DNA from: Candidatus Bathyarchaeia archaeon
GTDB taxonomy: Archaea; Thermoproteota; Bathyarchaeia; Bathyarchaeales; DTEX01
Direction of reading: 5' to 3'
Length of the DNA stretch: 64,000 bases
NCBI GenBank assembly: GCA_038859955.1
Contig: JAWCEH010000003.1
Coordinates: forward strand, 36,667 to 100,666
In this document: in pieces, positions 9,627 through 19,900 of the stretch
How positions within the stretch are numbered: position 1 is the stretch's first letter
How the letters are laid out: each line of letters starts with the position of its first letter
The notes under the pieces: model-generated
Databases searched by the model: none
Seen by the model: the letters and a program-made list of their open reading frames with translations, nothing else
Told to the model about the DNA's origin: nothing
Position numbers and translations under genes: made by a program

Positions 9627-11906
9627 TCACTCGATTGATACTTCGCTGAAGAAGTTATGTAAGGCTGATAGAACTCTCGTTTCTCCGACAACTTCGAATT
9701 TACCATTTAGCCTTATATCCTCTGAGGAGCTTCCGATCATAACTTCATACTCGCCCGGTTCAACTACCAGTCTCATATGGCGATCATAGAAGGCAAGTTG
9801 ATCCATGAAGAGCGTGAACTTCACTTTCTTTTTCTCTCCAGGTTCAAGTGTTACTCTCTTAAAGCCCTTTAGCTCCTTTATAGGTCTAGAAACCGATGCA
9901 ACTGGATCACGAATGTATAATTGTACAACTTCATCTCCCCTCATCTCGCCAACATTCTTGATCTCAAAGGTTATTGAGACTTTGCCAGCTGGACCAAGCT
10001 TCTCTGGCGCTATCTCCAGAGATGAATACTCAAATCTTGTATAGCTTAACCCGTGTCCAAATGGGAAAAGCGGCTTGGCGTCCATGAAGACGTAATCTCT
10101 GAAGGATGATGCTCTCCTACTGTAGTATACTGGTATTTGACCAGTATCCTGGGGGATGCTTACTGGCAGTTTGCCTCCAGGATTATAATCGCCAAATAGA
10201 ACGTCTGCCACAGCGTTTCCACCCTCTTCACCTGGGAACCAAGTCTCAATTATTGCCGAGGCATTCTCTACAGCCCACTTTATTGACAATGGTCTGCCAT
10301 TCACAAGGACTAGTACGAGTGGCTTACCCAGTTCTTTTAGCGCTCTGAGGAGTTCCTCCTGAACTCCCGGTAACGAAAGGCTTGACTGATCCCTTCCTTC
10401 ACCGGTTACGGCTGGAAGACGGAACATTCCGGATCTTTCGCCCACAACGGCTACTATAACATCCGACTTTGAAGCGGCATCTAAAGCGTCTCTGAATCCC
10501 TCTTTTGATGGATCATATATATCGCAACCCCTAGCGAAGTGGATTACCGTTTCAGGCGAAACTCTGCTTTTAATAGCCTCTAATATGCTGATTATTCTAA
10601 CAGCGTCTTCTTTACAGTTCAGGTGTAAAGTGTAACTGTAGTCGCCTAAAAGCCCCCTTGTAGTGTCAGCGTTGGGTCCTATAACCGCTATCGCTTTTAA
10701 ATCTTTTCTTAGGGGTAAGATTCCATCGTTTTTAAGAAGAACTATTGATTCCCTGGCAGCCTTTAGAGCTAAAATTCTATCCTCAGGCGTATCAAAAGCG
10801 TTTGCTGCGGCTTTGACATCAACGTAGGGATTATCAAAGAGTCCTAGAAGGATCTTAACCTTAAGAACTCTGGAAACAGCTTCGTTTATTAACGCCTCCG
10901 GGATGGTTCCCTCTTCAACGGCTTCAAGTAATGGTTTACCATAACATCTTATTATTGGTAGTTCTATGTCTATGCCCGCCTCTATTGCTTGGACAGCAGC
11001 CTCCTTCTCGTCAGCTGCAACATGATGGAATGTTTTAAGCATTTCTATTGCGCCGTAATCTGAGACAACATACCCTTTGAACCCCCACTTATACCTAAGA
11101 GTTTCAGTTAAAAGTTCCCTGGAGGATGCGCATGGTATACCATCAATGTCGTGGTAAGCATTCATAAGAGAGTAGGCGCCAGCCTCCCTTATAGCAGCCT
11201 CAAATGGAAATAGAAATACTTCCCTAAACTCTCTAGGAGAAACATGGACTGGCGCACAGTTTCTTCCGCCCTCAGGAAAACCGTGAGCTGCGAAATGTTT
11301 CGGCGTGGCAACAACACCAGAGGATAAAGAGTCTCCCTGAAGTCCCCTAATATACGCCACACCCATGCTTGCAACTAGATACTGGTCTTCCCCGAGAGTT
11401 TCCTCGGTTCTACCCCACCTAGGATCCCTAACGACGTCTAAAACTGGTGCAAGCCCTTGATGTGCTCCAATAGCCCTCATCTGCCTCCTGATGGCTGCTG
11501 TAACATTTTGGACGAGACTCGGATCCCATGTGCTTGCCAAACCGATTGCTTGCGGGAATGTTGTTGCGCCATAAGCCATTAAGCCGCTTAAACACTCCTC
11601 GTGTATTATCGCGGGTATGCCAAGCCTTGTCTCCTCAACCAGAAACCTCTGAATGTCGTTGGCTATAATAGCAATTTTAGCTGGTTCCCTGGGAGAATCT
11701 GGACTACCGGCCAACCTAGTTATCTGTCCAACGCCCTTGCCAATAGTATTCAAGGCTTTTTCACGCGAAAACCTCCCGCCCTCCAGAAGCTCAGATGCTG
11801 GAACAGAACCTAATTGCGCAACCTTCTCCTCAAGAGTCATCTTACCAATCAAGCTTTTAACTTTAAGTTCTAGATCGATTGAATCCATGAAGATCCCCAA
11901 AATCAT
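9627..11906 (-). CDS. GH3 beta-glucosidase/beta-xylosidase with Fn3 domain
   Basis: TLEEK, WGRTEET, KHF, nucleophile VVSDY, LLKN, PFGHGLSYT. Confidence 0.93.
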   Translation of the reverse strand: MILGIFMDSIDLELKVKSLIGKMTLEEKVAQLGSVPASELLEGGRFSREKALNTIGKGVGQITRLAGSPDSPREPAKIAIIANDIQRFLVEETRLGIPAIIHEECLSGLMAYGATTFPQAIGLASTWDPSLVQNVTAAIRRQMRAIGAHQGLAPVLDVVRDPRWGRTEETLGEDQYLVASMGVAYIRGLQGDSLSSGVVATPKHFAAHGFPEGGRNCAPVHVSPREFREVFLFPFEAAIREAGAYSLMNAYHDIDGIPCASSRELLTETLRYKWGFKGYVVSDYGAIEMLKTFHHVAADEKEAAVQAIEAGIDIELPIIRCYGKPLLEAVEEGTIPEALINEAVSRVLKVKILLGLFDNPYVDVKAAANAFDTPEDRILALKAARESIVLLKNDGILPLRKDLKAIAVIGPNADTTRGLLGDYSYTLHLNCKEDAVRIISILEAIKSRVSPETVIHFARGCDIYDPSKEGFRDALDAASKSDVIVAVVGERSGMFRLPAVTGEGRDQSSLSLPGVQEELLRALKELGKPLVLVLVNGRPLSIKWAVENASAIIETWFPGEEGGNAVADVLFGDYNPGGKLPVSIPQDTGQIPVYYSRRASSFRDYVFMDAKPLFPFGHGLSYTRFEYSSLEIAPEKLGPAGKVSITFEIKNVGEMRGDEVVQLYIRDPVASVSRPIKELKGFKRVTLEPGEKKKVKFTLFMDQLAFYDRHMRLVVEPGEYEVMIGSSSEDIRLNGKFEVVGETRVLSALHNFFSEVSIE

Positions 11907-12014
11907 AAAGTAAATTCAACCTATAAAAGACTTATCGGAGATGCCGCTAAACATAAACTTTATAATGAGAAGACACGCAAAAATAATTGACTAATCTTAC
12001 TTCATTGGAGAAGA

Positions 12015-12129
12015 GGGCCGGTCGTCTAGCTTGGTTAGGACGTCTGCCTGACGGATAAAATCCAGGAGGCGCAGAAAACCCGAAAGGTTGTCTGCAAGGC
12101 CGCCGGTTCAAGTCCGGCCCGGCCCACCA
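12015..12129 (+). tRNA. tRNA-Val(GAC) with two introns (12053-12068 at 36/37; 12077-12097 at 44/45), CCA encoded
   Basis: Acceptor GGGCCGG/CCGGCCC, T arm GCCGG-TTCAAGT-CCGGC, anticodon stem TCTGC/GCAGA; both inserts fold as bulge-helix-bulge motifs. Confidence 0.88.
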
Positions 12130-12202
12130 CTTTTAAATTCGAGTTTATTAAGCTCATCAGCGTTTAACGCTGGGTTAACATCACATTTAATCTCCTTTTG
12201 GA

Positions 12203-13201
12203 TTATATTCTAAAGTGATCTAATTGGTCGTCGCTTATTGCAGTTGCTGTGATCTCGCTTTCTTTCCCCTCATATTTATAGAGCACTTTTACTGGTGTAT
12301 TTTTTGGGGCATCTGAGTAGCGCACTGTTATGGCCGCGGCCTTCTCTAAAATATCTAAGTTCACCTCGCCAATAATTAGGGTGATCGGACCTTTATACTC
12401 CTTAACCATTAGGTGCGGTATCTGGTTTTGCTCCGCTATTTCTTGAAGCCTATTGTTTTCATCCATATTCCTTCCAGCTATAACTTTCACTTTATTAATT
12501 CTGAAATGCCGTCCAATCGTTAAGAGAATCGCATCATTTAGAGTTAATTTACCCTCATGCTTCAAGTGATCTCTTATTCTGCGGGCGAATGCGGGATCCG
12601 TTAGTAGGCATCCGCCTGAGGGGGTTGGATAGTCTTTTATGCCGTATTTTGCGGCTAACTCCATCTGCGGCTTTCTACTCCTGCCCCTAATGGCGAATAG
12701 CCTCTCACCGTCAATCCAGCCATTTCTTTCAGCTTCAGTTGGCGGTAGAAGCTTAGCCGATAAAGGTCTAAGGATCTTATCCTCCAATCCTGCCTCCCGC
12801 TCTATCAATTGCATGGCATTTAATCTCTGAGAGAACGGCCTCTCATCTAAAACCTCACCGGTCACGAGAAACTCGGCGCCTATTTTGTCGGCTAGCTCCT
12901 TAGCCTTTTTAAGCATAAGTATTCGGCAATCTATGCACGGGTTCATTTGGCTTCCATAACCATGAGGTGGATTAGTGACTACTTCGAGAAACTCCTGACC
13001 TAAAAAAATTGCGTGAACTTTTATGCCAAATTCTCTAGAGACTCTATCAATAAAATTGCGGTTGTATTTACAGAAAGGTGTTATAAAATGGACTGCTTCA
13101 GCATCGAGGCCCTGATCTAGAATTATCTTTGTGGCGAGTAAGCTATCTAAGCCGCCTGAAAGTAACACTAAAGCCTTAGGCTTAAGGCCGGGCCCTTCCA
13201 T
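12203..13201 (-). CDS. ThiI/MnmA-like PP-loop tRNA sulfurtransferase with C-terminal DUF814/NFACT-R-like domain
   Basis: SGGLDS PP-loop, NPCIDCR, GCLLT, GRHFR; ATG at 13201 more likely than 13306. Confidence 0.78.
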   Translation of the reverse strand: MEGPGLKPKALVLLSGGLDSLLATKIILDQGLDAEAVHFITPFCKYNRNFIDRVSREFGIKVHAIFLGQEFLEVVTNPPHGYGSQMNPCIDCRILMLKKAKELADKIGAEFLVTGEVLDERPFSQRLNAMQLIEREAGLEDKILRPLSAKLLPPTEAERNGWIDGERLFAIRGRSRKPQMELAAKYGIKDYPTPSGGCLLTDPAFARRIRDHLKHEGKLTLNDAILLTIGRHFRINKVKVIAGRNMDENNRLQEIAEQNQIPHLMVKEYKGPITLIIGEVNLDILEKAAAITVRYSDAPKNTPVKVLYKYEGKESEITATAISDDQLDHFRI

Positions 13202-13334
13202 TCTAAATCCCGGGGAAGACTTATCAAGATGTATTATTGCAGAGCCGGGTCTTATAAACATAACATGGTTATAGACTCCCTTTCCTTCAAAACCTAGGGA
13301 AAACATTTATTAATCATATTATGGTGATGAGCGC

Positions 13335-14177
13335 GTGAAGGAGGAAAACGAACCGATGCTAATTGAACATGAGGTTTTAAGATTTAACCAAATTGAAGGA
13401 AATTTTGCAGCTCAAAGAGATGTTATTGCGATTGAAGAGATAACCAATCTTTATATTAATGGCAATCTTTACGCAGTCTTCCATCATCTTCCATCACAGA
13501 TAAAGGAGCTCATTATAGGGCATCTCTTAACAGGTGGCGTAATAGAGAGGTTAGAAGACATCTTAGAAATGAAAATTTCCGAAAAGAACATTTATGTCAA
13601 ATTATCCAAGGAGAATATTCCTAGCATCCCTGGAAAACCTAGGCTACCTAGGCTAATAACCACCTTCTGCAATAGTGATTTCCCGCAACAGATATCAAAT
13701 GCCGCTCAAAAACTAAGGTTTAATAGAGTAAGATTTAGTGCTGAAACCATCTTTAAATCTGTTGAAACATTAAATTCTAAGGCATCAATATTTAGGGCTT
13801 CTGGAGGTACTCACGCTGCTACCTTAATTGACGAGAATAGCGAGATTGTATCTTTTGCTGAGGATATCGGCAGGCATAATGCTATAGACAAGGTTATCGG
13901 CGAAGCCGCGATTAAAGGTTTTAATTTTAGTAAGTTACTTCTAGCATCTACTGGTAGGCTTTCTTCCGAAATCATTATCAAAGCTGTTCAAATGGGAATT
14001 CCAATTTTAGTCTCAATGTCAGCTCCCACAAGCATGGGTATAAAAATGGCGGAGGCCTTCGGTTTAACTCTCATAGGATTTGTCAGGGGAAAACGTTTTA
14101 ACATCTACGCTTCACCGGATAGAATAGAAGAATGGGCTCAGCAATCTACAAAGAAAACCTCTGCAAAAATCATGTAA
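13335..14177 (+). CDS. fdhD: FdhD formate dehydrogenase accessory sulfurtransferase
   Basis: GGTHAA, EDIGRHNAIDKVIG, TGRLS, SAPT, GFVR motifs. Confidence 0.9.
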   Translation: MKEENEPMLIEHEVLRFNQIEGNFAAQRDVIAIEEITNLYINGNLYAVFHHLPSQIKELIIGHLLTGGVIERLEDILEMKISEKNIYVKLSKENIPSIPGKPRLPRLITTFCNSDFPQQISNAAQKLRFNRVRFSAETIFKSVETLNSKASIFRASGGTHAATLIDENSEIVSFAEDIGRHNAIDKVIGEAAIKGFNFSKLLLASTGRLSSEIIIKAVQMGIPILVSMSAPTSMGIKMAEAFGLTLIGFVRGKRFNIYASPDRIEEWAQQSTKKTSAKIM

Positions 14178-14304
14178 AAATGGCTGACATTTATATTTTT
14201 AACTCCTTATGTGACAGGTGTAGTCTCCCTTAATAGTTTCTCTAATTCATGGAGGATTACTAATTTACTACTATAAATTTTTAAATAGTTCAGTTTGTTC
14301 TTAC

Positions 14305-14631
14305 TCACGCTCTTAAGGTCTTCTTCTGTATAGATAGACATAGCTCACAGAATTTTAGCGCCATTTTCTCCGAACTTATTTTCCCAGAAGCTACCTCACT
14401 GGCAAATTCACTTGCAACAGATTGAATCAAAGGTAAAATCTCCTTAAATTGTTCTAAATCTCCAATTCCACGCTTTAAGCGTAGATACTGGCTTATGGCC
14501 GCCTGTGTTGTCCCGAGCTTCTCGGCTACTTCAACCTGTGTGAAACCGTATTTCTCAATAAGCTCCTTGGCTACATGAGCCCTAAAGACTGGGAGGAGAC
14601 GCCTCCCAACGTTCTCGCATGGCAAATACAT
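14305..14631 (-). CDS. XRE-type HTH transcriptional regulator with Cys motifs (COG2522-like)
   Basis: PCE N-terminus, TQ..VA..LG.TQAAISQY HTH, C-terminal CxxC. Confidence 0.8.
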   Translation of the reverse strand: MYLPCENVGRRLLPVFRAHVAKELIEKYGFTQVEVAEKLGTTQAAISQYLRLKRGIGDLEQFKEILPLIQSVASEFASEVASGKISSEKMALKFCELCLSIQKKTLRA

Positions 14632-14776
14632 ATCAATCCGCCCAGGATCAATATAACATACTTATAATTTAAATTTTCATTCAGTAAATACTTGCGCTGT
14701 AAATGGCGCAATTAACCATTTGCGCGTCTTCAAGCACTCTTATTTGATCATTGCAGAAAATTAGTAATGAAAATAA

Positions 14777-16009
14777 TTAGTATTTTAGTATAAGCCATAA
14801 AGACCCCTCAGCGGGCTTCATTGAATTAACTTTGATAAATGGTGCGGGATTATCCAGCGTTATCTTGCCGCAGTTTTCTGGCATTTCTAGACATGTAGCC
14901 ACGTAATCTTCCGAGTTTATTAAGGAAGTAGCTTCGCACATTTCTATCGAAACCTTTGTACGGTTTGCTCCGCTATAAATCAATAAAGCTTTTTTCGCGG
15001 GGCCAGTCCAATACCATTTTCCTGGCAGTTCTCTCTGGCTTTGCACAAAAACCCTATCTTTGAGAACACCATAATTTCTTGGATCAAAAATGGAGTAGTC
15101 TACGTAAACCGCGTAAATCTCATGAACATACCCTTCTCTTCCAGTCTCTCTTCTAGTTGACCAGGTATCTCTAAATGACGCAAATAATATTTTGGGATGG
15201 CCATCCGGTTCAGTCGTATAATGAGGATGCCCAACTTGCGTAAACAAGTCGTCCACCATGAGGTTTGGCAGAATATCTCCTTCTAACAGACCTATCACCG
15301 GTATTCCGCCCTTTGGATCAAGACCCTTAACGTCGCTGAGAGGCGGTCCCATGAACATCTTTAAAACCCATTTACCAAACTCATCAGACTCCGTTATAAC
15401 AGATATTCTGGGCATTAAAAGAAAGTCCAATACGTCATTTCCGCCACCATGCCAAGCAGCTACTCCATAATCTTCCACTCTCGCTCGCTCAAAATCATCC
15501 ACATCCTTAATAGATAGAAGTTTTATTTTCTCTCCGGATGGTATTGATGCTACGGCATCATGGAGATAACCATAAGCTCCAATAGGTTTAAATGGAACGC
15601 CGTGATCGCCTACGCCTTCTAGAATCCGCTTAAAACCAAGCTTATTCCAGCTGGAATCGAACCAGAATACATAGGCTTCTCTATCTTGTGTAACGGTCAC
15701 TATGAACTCGTCTCTCACGGGATTATATATGCCCCTGACAGCGTTCATCGTATAGGTTCCAGGAATCACTCCGGAGGGTAGGATCTTCTTAATCCTATTC
15801 ACATCTATGCTCAAATCTTTCTCTATGGGTGCAACGGCTCCCTCACGTTTCAATCCAACCGGGTCCTTCCAACCAGTAAATAGAAGCCACTTCTCACCAG
15901 TCAAACTGTTAAATATTATATAAGGGGTTCCAACGCCGCCAGAAAAATCTGGAAAATCTCTCTTCAATTCTTGCGGTCTAAGCACAGGTATTACTTTTCC
16001 AAACTGCAT
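14777..16009 (-). CDS. Hypothetical protein, possibly beta-propeller glycoside hydrolase-like
   Basis: 410-aa ORF with RBS (GGGAGGG); beta-rich, repeated P(Y/H)-aromatic and LF motifs; no family recognised. Confidence 0.5.
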   Translation of the reverse strand: MQFGKVIPVLRPQELKRDFPDFSGGVGTPYIIFNSLTGEKWLLFTGWKDPVGLKREGAVAPIEKDLSIDVNRIKKILPSGVIPGTYTMNAVRGIYNPVRDEFIVTVTQDREAYVFWFDSSWNKLGFKRILEGVGDHGVPFKPIGAYGYLHDAVASIPSGEKIKLLSIKDVDDFERARVEDYGVAAWHGGGNDVLDFLLMPRISVITESDEFGKWVLKMFMGPPLSDVKGLDPKGGIPVIGLLEGDILPNLMVDDLFTQVGHPHYTTEPDGHPKILFASFRDTWSTRRETGREGYVHEIYAVYVDYSIFDPRNYGVLKDRVFVQSQRELPGKWYWTGPAKKALLIYSGANRTKVSIEMCEATSLINSEDYVATCLEMPENCGKITLDNPAPFIKVNSMKPAEGSLWLILKY

Positions 16010-16274
16010 TACAATCCCTCCCTACATAAACAAATTTACGTGTAGAATTTAAAAGTCTTCTAGATAGATGGTTTAGAAACTTCTCAAGGAGGCATAAAGA
16101 TTGCAAATGACTTCCCCAAAACAGGAGTGATGCACGTTCTCCTCTAAAAGCGGCTAAATTAAGAGATAACCACTGATGAAAATACTTCTTCCCAAATTAT
16201 GTAAGAGAGAACCCCAGAATTCTCCAGAGATTTATATCTCTGTTTTCATGATTTACATGTGATTTAGAGTCCTG

Positions 16275-16640
16275 GTGGTGAGTTTACTGGAAATTAGCAT
16301 TAAGCCCACTAAAAAGATTATTATTTTAGGCCTAGATCAAAGAGAACCGGAAAATATCGGCTTCTGCGCTGTAACGTTTGGCGCAGGGCGTCTCTTTTGG
16401 GTTGATGGCTACATTTTATGCTTAGAAGTTTATGAAAAGTCACTTGAATATGAAATTGAGAAAGGCGAATTTTATATAAGCCACTTATGCTATGCAAATT
16501 TTCCAAAGTACAATAAAATTTTGGAGATTGAGAAGGGAACCCAAATACCGATAGTAAACGTTTCAGACATGAGAATCTATAGGGAAATAATTAAGGCTAT
16601 ATTAAACTCTAAATCCGAAGAGCAGCGGAAAACATCATGA
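16275..16640 (+). CDS. Conserved hypothetical protein
   Basis: 121 aa with normal composition; LFWVDG and IPIVNVS motifs recall small TACK hypothetical proteins. Confidence 0.6.
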   Translation: MVSLLEISIKPTKKIIILGLDQREPENIGFCAVTFGAGRLFWVDGYILCLEVYEKSLEYEIEKGEFYISHLCYANFPKYNKILEIEKGTQIPIVNVSDMRIYREIIKAILNSKSEEQRKTS

Positions 16641-16973
16641 AAATATTTTGCTTCTTAACCAACCAAAAGGATTCGAGGTGTATTCGTATTTTCAAGATTG
16701 GGCCATAATTCCAAAGGATTTTTCTCTTCCTTTATACTTTTAGATCTTTAGATTTTTAGGCTTCCTTTGACATGTCAAATTTTTCTTACAGCGATTGAAT
16801 GAAAATTTTCAATTAAATCAAGTATCGGCCTGAATTAAAATATATTGTAATTTAAAGGGTAAGTAATTTCCGGGTTCATCAAAAATTAAGCATAAATGTA
16901 CGCCTACGCAAAACTTAAATAACTCGGTTAGGAGCTTAACTATTGTCTTAACATTGAGGGGCTTGTAACACCG

Positions 16974-19900
16974 GTGGTTTGGTTGAGAAAAAGTTTCCAT
17001 GAATCCGGTGTAGTAATAATTATTTTGCTGTTACTAGTTGCGGCGTCTTCTATACCAATTGGTAAGGTGAGTACAGCGGAATTAAATGTTTCTCAAGGCG
17101 TTGAAGTTCCAACTACGCCGCGGGGCTTTAACATAGTTATTAATAACATTAACATGACAAATATAATGGAGCATGTAAAATTCCTTTCAAGTAAATCAAG
17201 ATTTACTGGTTATCCGGGGTTTTTTGAAGCTGCTCAGTACATAGAGTCCAAGTTTAAGGAATATGGGCTTCAGCCATACGGTGAGAACGGAACATACTTT
17301 GAGTATTTTGATATTACTGTTCCAATTGATCATGGTTCCTCAATATCTTTGGGAGATGACAAAGTAATAACAGCCTATATGCTATATCCTAATTATATCA
17401 ACCCCTGCCCCTACGCAAGTCCAGAAGAAGGTGACACATTAATATACTTAGGAAAAGGCGAATACAAAGATTTTAAGGGCTTAGATATCAGGGGTAAGTT
17501 TGTACTTATGGATTTTTCTTCAAGATGGAATTTTTATCAAGCAATAATTGGTGGTGCTAAGGGAGTAATTTTTGTACCCGAAGATCCTGAGTTAATAATT
17601 CGAACTGAGGCCGAACAAAAGGAAGTTTTAATTCCCATATTGTTTCCAAGACTTTATGTAAGATTTGATGATGGTGGCGAAGAGCTAATTAAATTAGCAA
17701 AAGAGAAAGGCTCCGAAGGAGTTAAAGTCCATATAAACGCAAATATGAGCTGGGAAAGTATACGGGTTCCTAACATTGTTGGCTACATTAAGGGTAAAGA
17801 TGACGTTTTATCTAAACAGATAATTGTTATTTCAGCATATTATGACTCATGGTCCATAGTTCCTGCATTGTCTTATGGCGCAACAGACTCTCTAGGTGTA
17901 GCGGAACTGCTTGAAATAGCCAGATTCCTATCTACGCATACTCCCAAGAGATCCGTCCTTATAGTTGCCCTTGCAGGTCATTATCAAGGTTTATGGGGCG
18001 CAAGAGAGTTTGTTGAAAAACGCTTCCCGCATCTACAGAGTGAAATCATCGCATTTGCTGGCATGGATTTATCGAGCGGTTCAACTCAAATAGGCGTTTA
18101 CGCTACTGGCTCAGCCTATCCATACCAGCGACCAGATATACTCTACAATACTAGGTATAGCTGGCTTGTAAATCAATTCTTTCAGCAATACCTTATGGAG
18201 ATGAGAATGGTCCTAGGAACCAGCTATGGTGAAAACTTCGTTGATGGAATATTAGGTAGCCATCCACCCTACATAGGTACGGTTAGACCATATGAACCTA
18301 GAGTTTACGGCTACTTTGGCCAGGTTGGAGCCACAAGCTACCCATATTATTACTCATTCACATATCTCTTTGATTCTGATCCATTTGTTCTAGCTGTGTA
18401 CGGCTGTGGCTTCACATACCACACTTCAGACGATGTTAGGTTATATCAGAGAACTCCAGCGGATACATGGGAGAAAGTAAACTTTGAAAATCTACATCAT
18501 CAGATCATGTTTATTCATTGCACGTTATGGGGTCTCTTAAATGAGAGTAGCTTAAGGCTTACCCCAACAAAATCACGGTTCAGCGATGATTGGGGTTATG
18601 TAACTCTTACAATCAAAGTTTCCGAATACAACCTGCTTACAAGCTGGTATGATCCATTCAACTCAACTAGGCATCCTGAAAGCTGGAATGATGTTATAGT
18701 GGTTTATTATACGGGTGGAGGAACTGGCGCCTCGGGAATAAATATCGTGACTAAAATAAATAAGAATGGCGAAGCGATCATTCATGGCTTAAAGCCATAT
18801 CAAACAGGATTTGTCGATGCATTTGTTGTTGATAGGAAGACAGGTAAGATAACATGGGCCACTGACCTTGGAGTTTGGCAAGCTCCAGGAGGAAAATCTG
18901 TTCCCCTCACTTCGCATCCGCATGAGAAGATAATATCAATTTTTCCATGCGCAAGTATTTCGGTAATTTACGCGTTTAATCCGTCAGACTTTAGACTTAT
19001 TCGGGGGGTTATAATTAATCATGCTACTGCACACGGTTTAATGATAAGACAGAACGCTATTTCCTCAGATATGTTCTATATGGCCTTCGTTATGCCAGAT
19101 ACTCCAACAGAAATAATCCTCACTATGGGAGAAAGATTGCCAGTAGCCGTTCTGAACGATGCTGACCCGTCAAATCCGAATGGAAAAGGCTACATTCTTA
19201 AGCAGGGAGATATGCTGATTTTTGGACCTAACGAAATTATTAGAAACATGAGAACGATTGTGCTAAATAGATACAATAAACTTTATGGCTATTATACTTA
19301 TACGCCCACCACACAACTATTCTATAGTTTTGTTTCAAAATATCTAAGTCTTTGGGATTCATCCTATGAGAAAAATGAAGTTAATAAGTTGCTTGGTTAT
19401 GGCTATTTTGCGTGGACATTTCTTTTGGGTCTATATGGGTCAGTCATGGATTTAACATGGCAAGTTATATTATCACTATCCGTTATCTTCACAATTACAA
19501 TTCCATTCGCTTTAATTGCTGAGAGATTAATTTTCGGTTTCCAAGGCAAGAAAAGGTTTCTTGCCATAGTGATTCTGGCCTTCGTATCAAACCTCATCTT
19601 CTCCTTCTTCCATCCAGGCTTTATAATAGCGAATAGTTCTCCCTTAGTTTTAGTATCAAACTGTTTGCTGATTATTCTGGCCCCGCTTATCCTATTAGTC
19701 ATTAATGAAACACAATCAAGCATCAAAAGCCTAAGGGAAAAGGTAAGAGGTGGTGCACACTTCACTGAAATAAGTCGATCTGGTCTCTTTGCATCATCTA
19801 TGAGTATGGGCATAGAGAACATGAAAAAACGAAAGTTCAGGACTCTTCTAACCCTCCTATCACTGGTGTTATTAGTGTTCGGCATGGTTTCATTATCATC

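Noticed and set aside
12043-12075. Canonical 37/38 intron, or an alternative anticodon (GAG), for the first tRNA
   Set aside because: The BHB helix only forms with cleavage at 36/37, giving GAC, and the body matches the Val-type sequence
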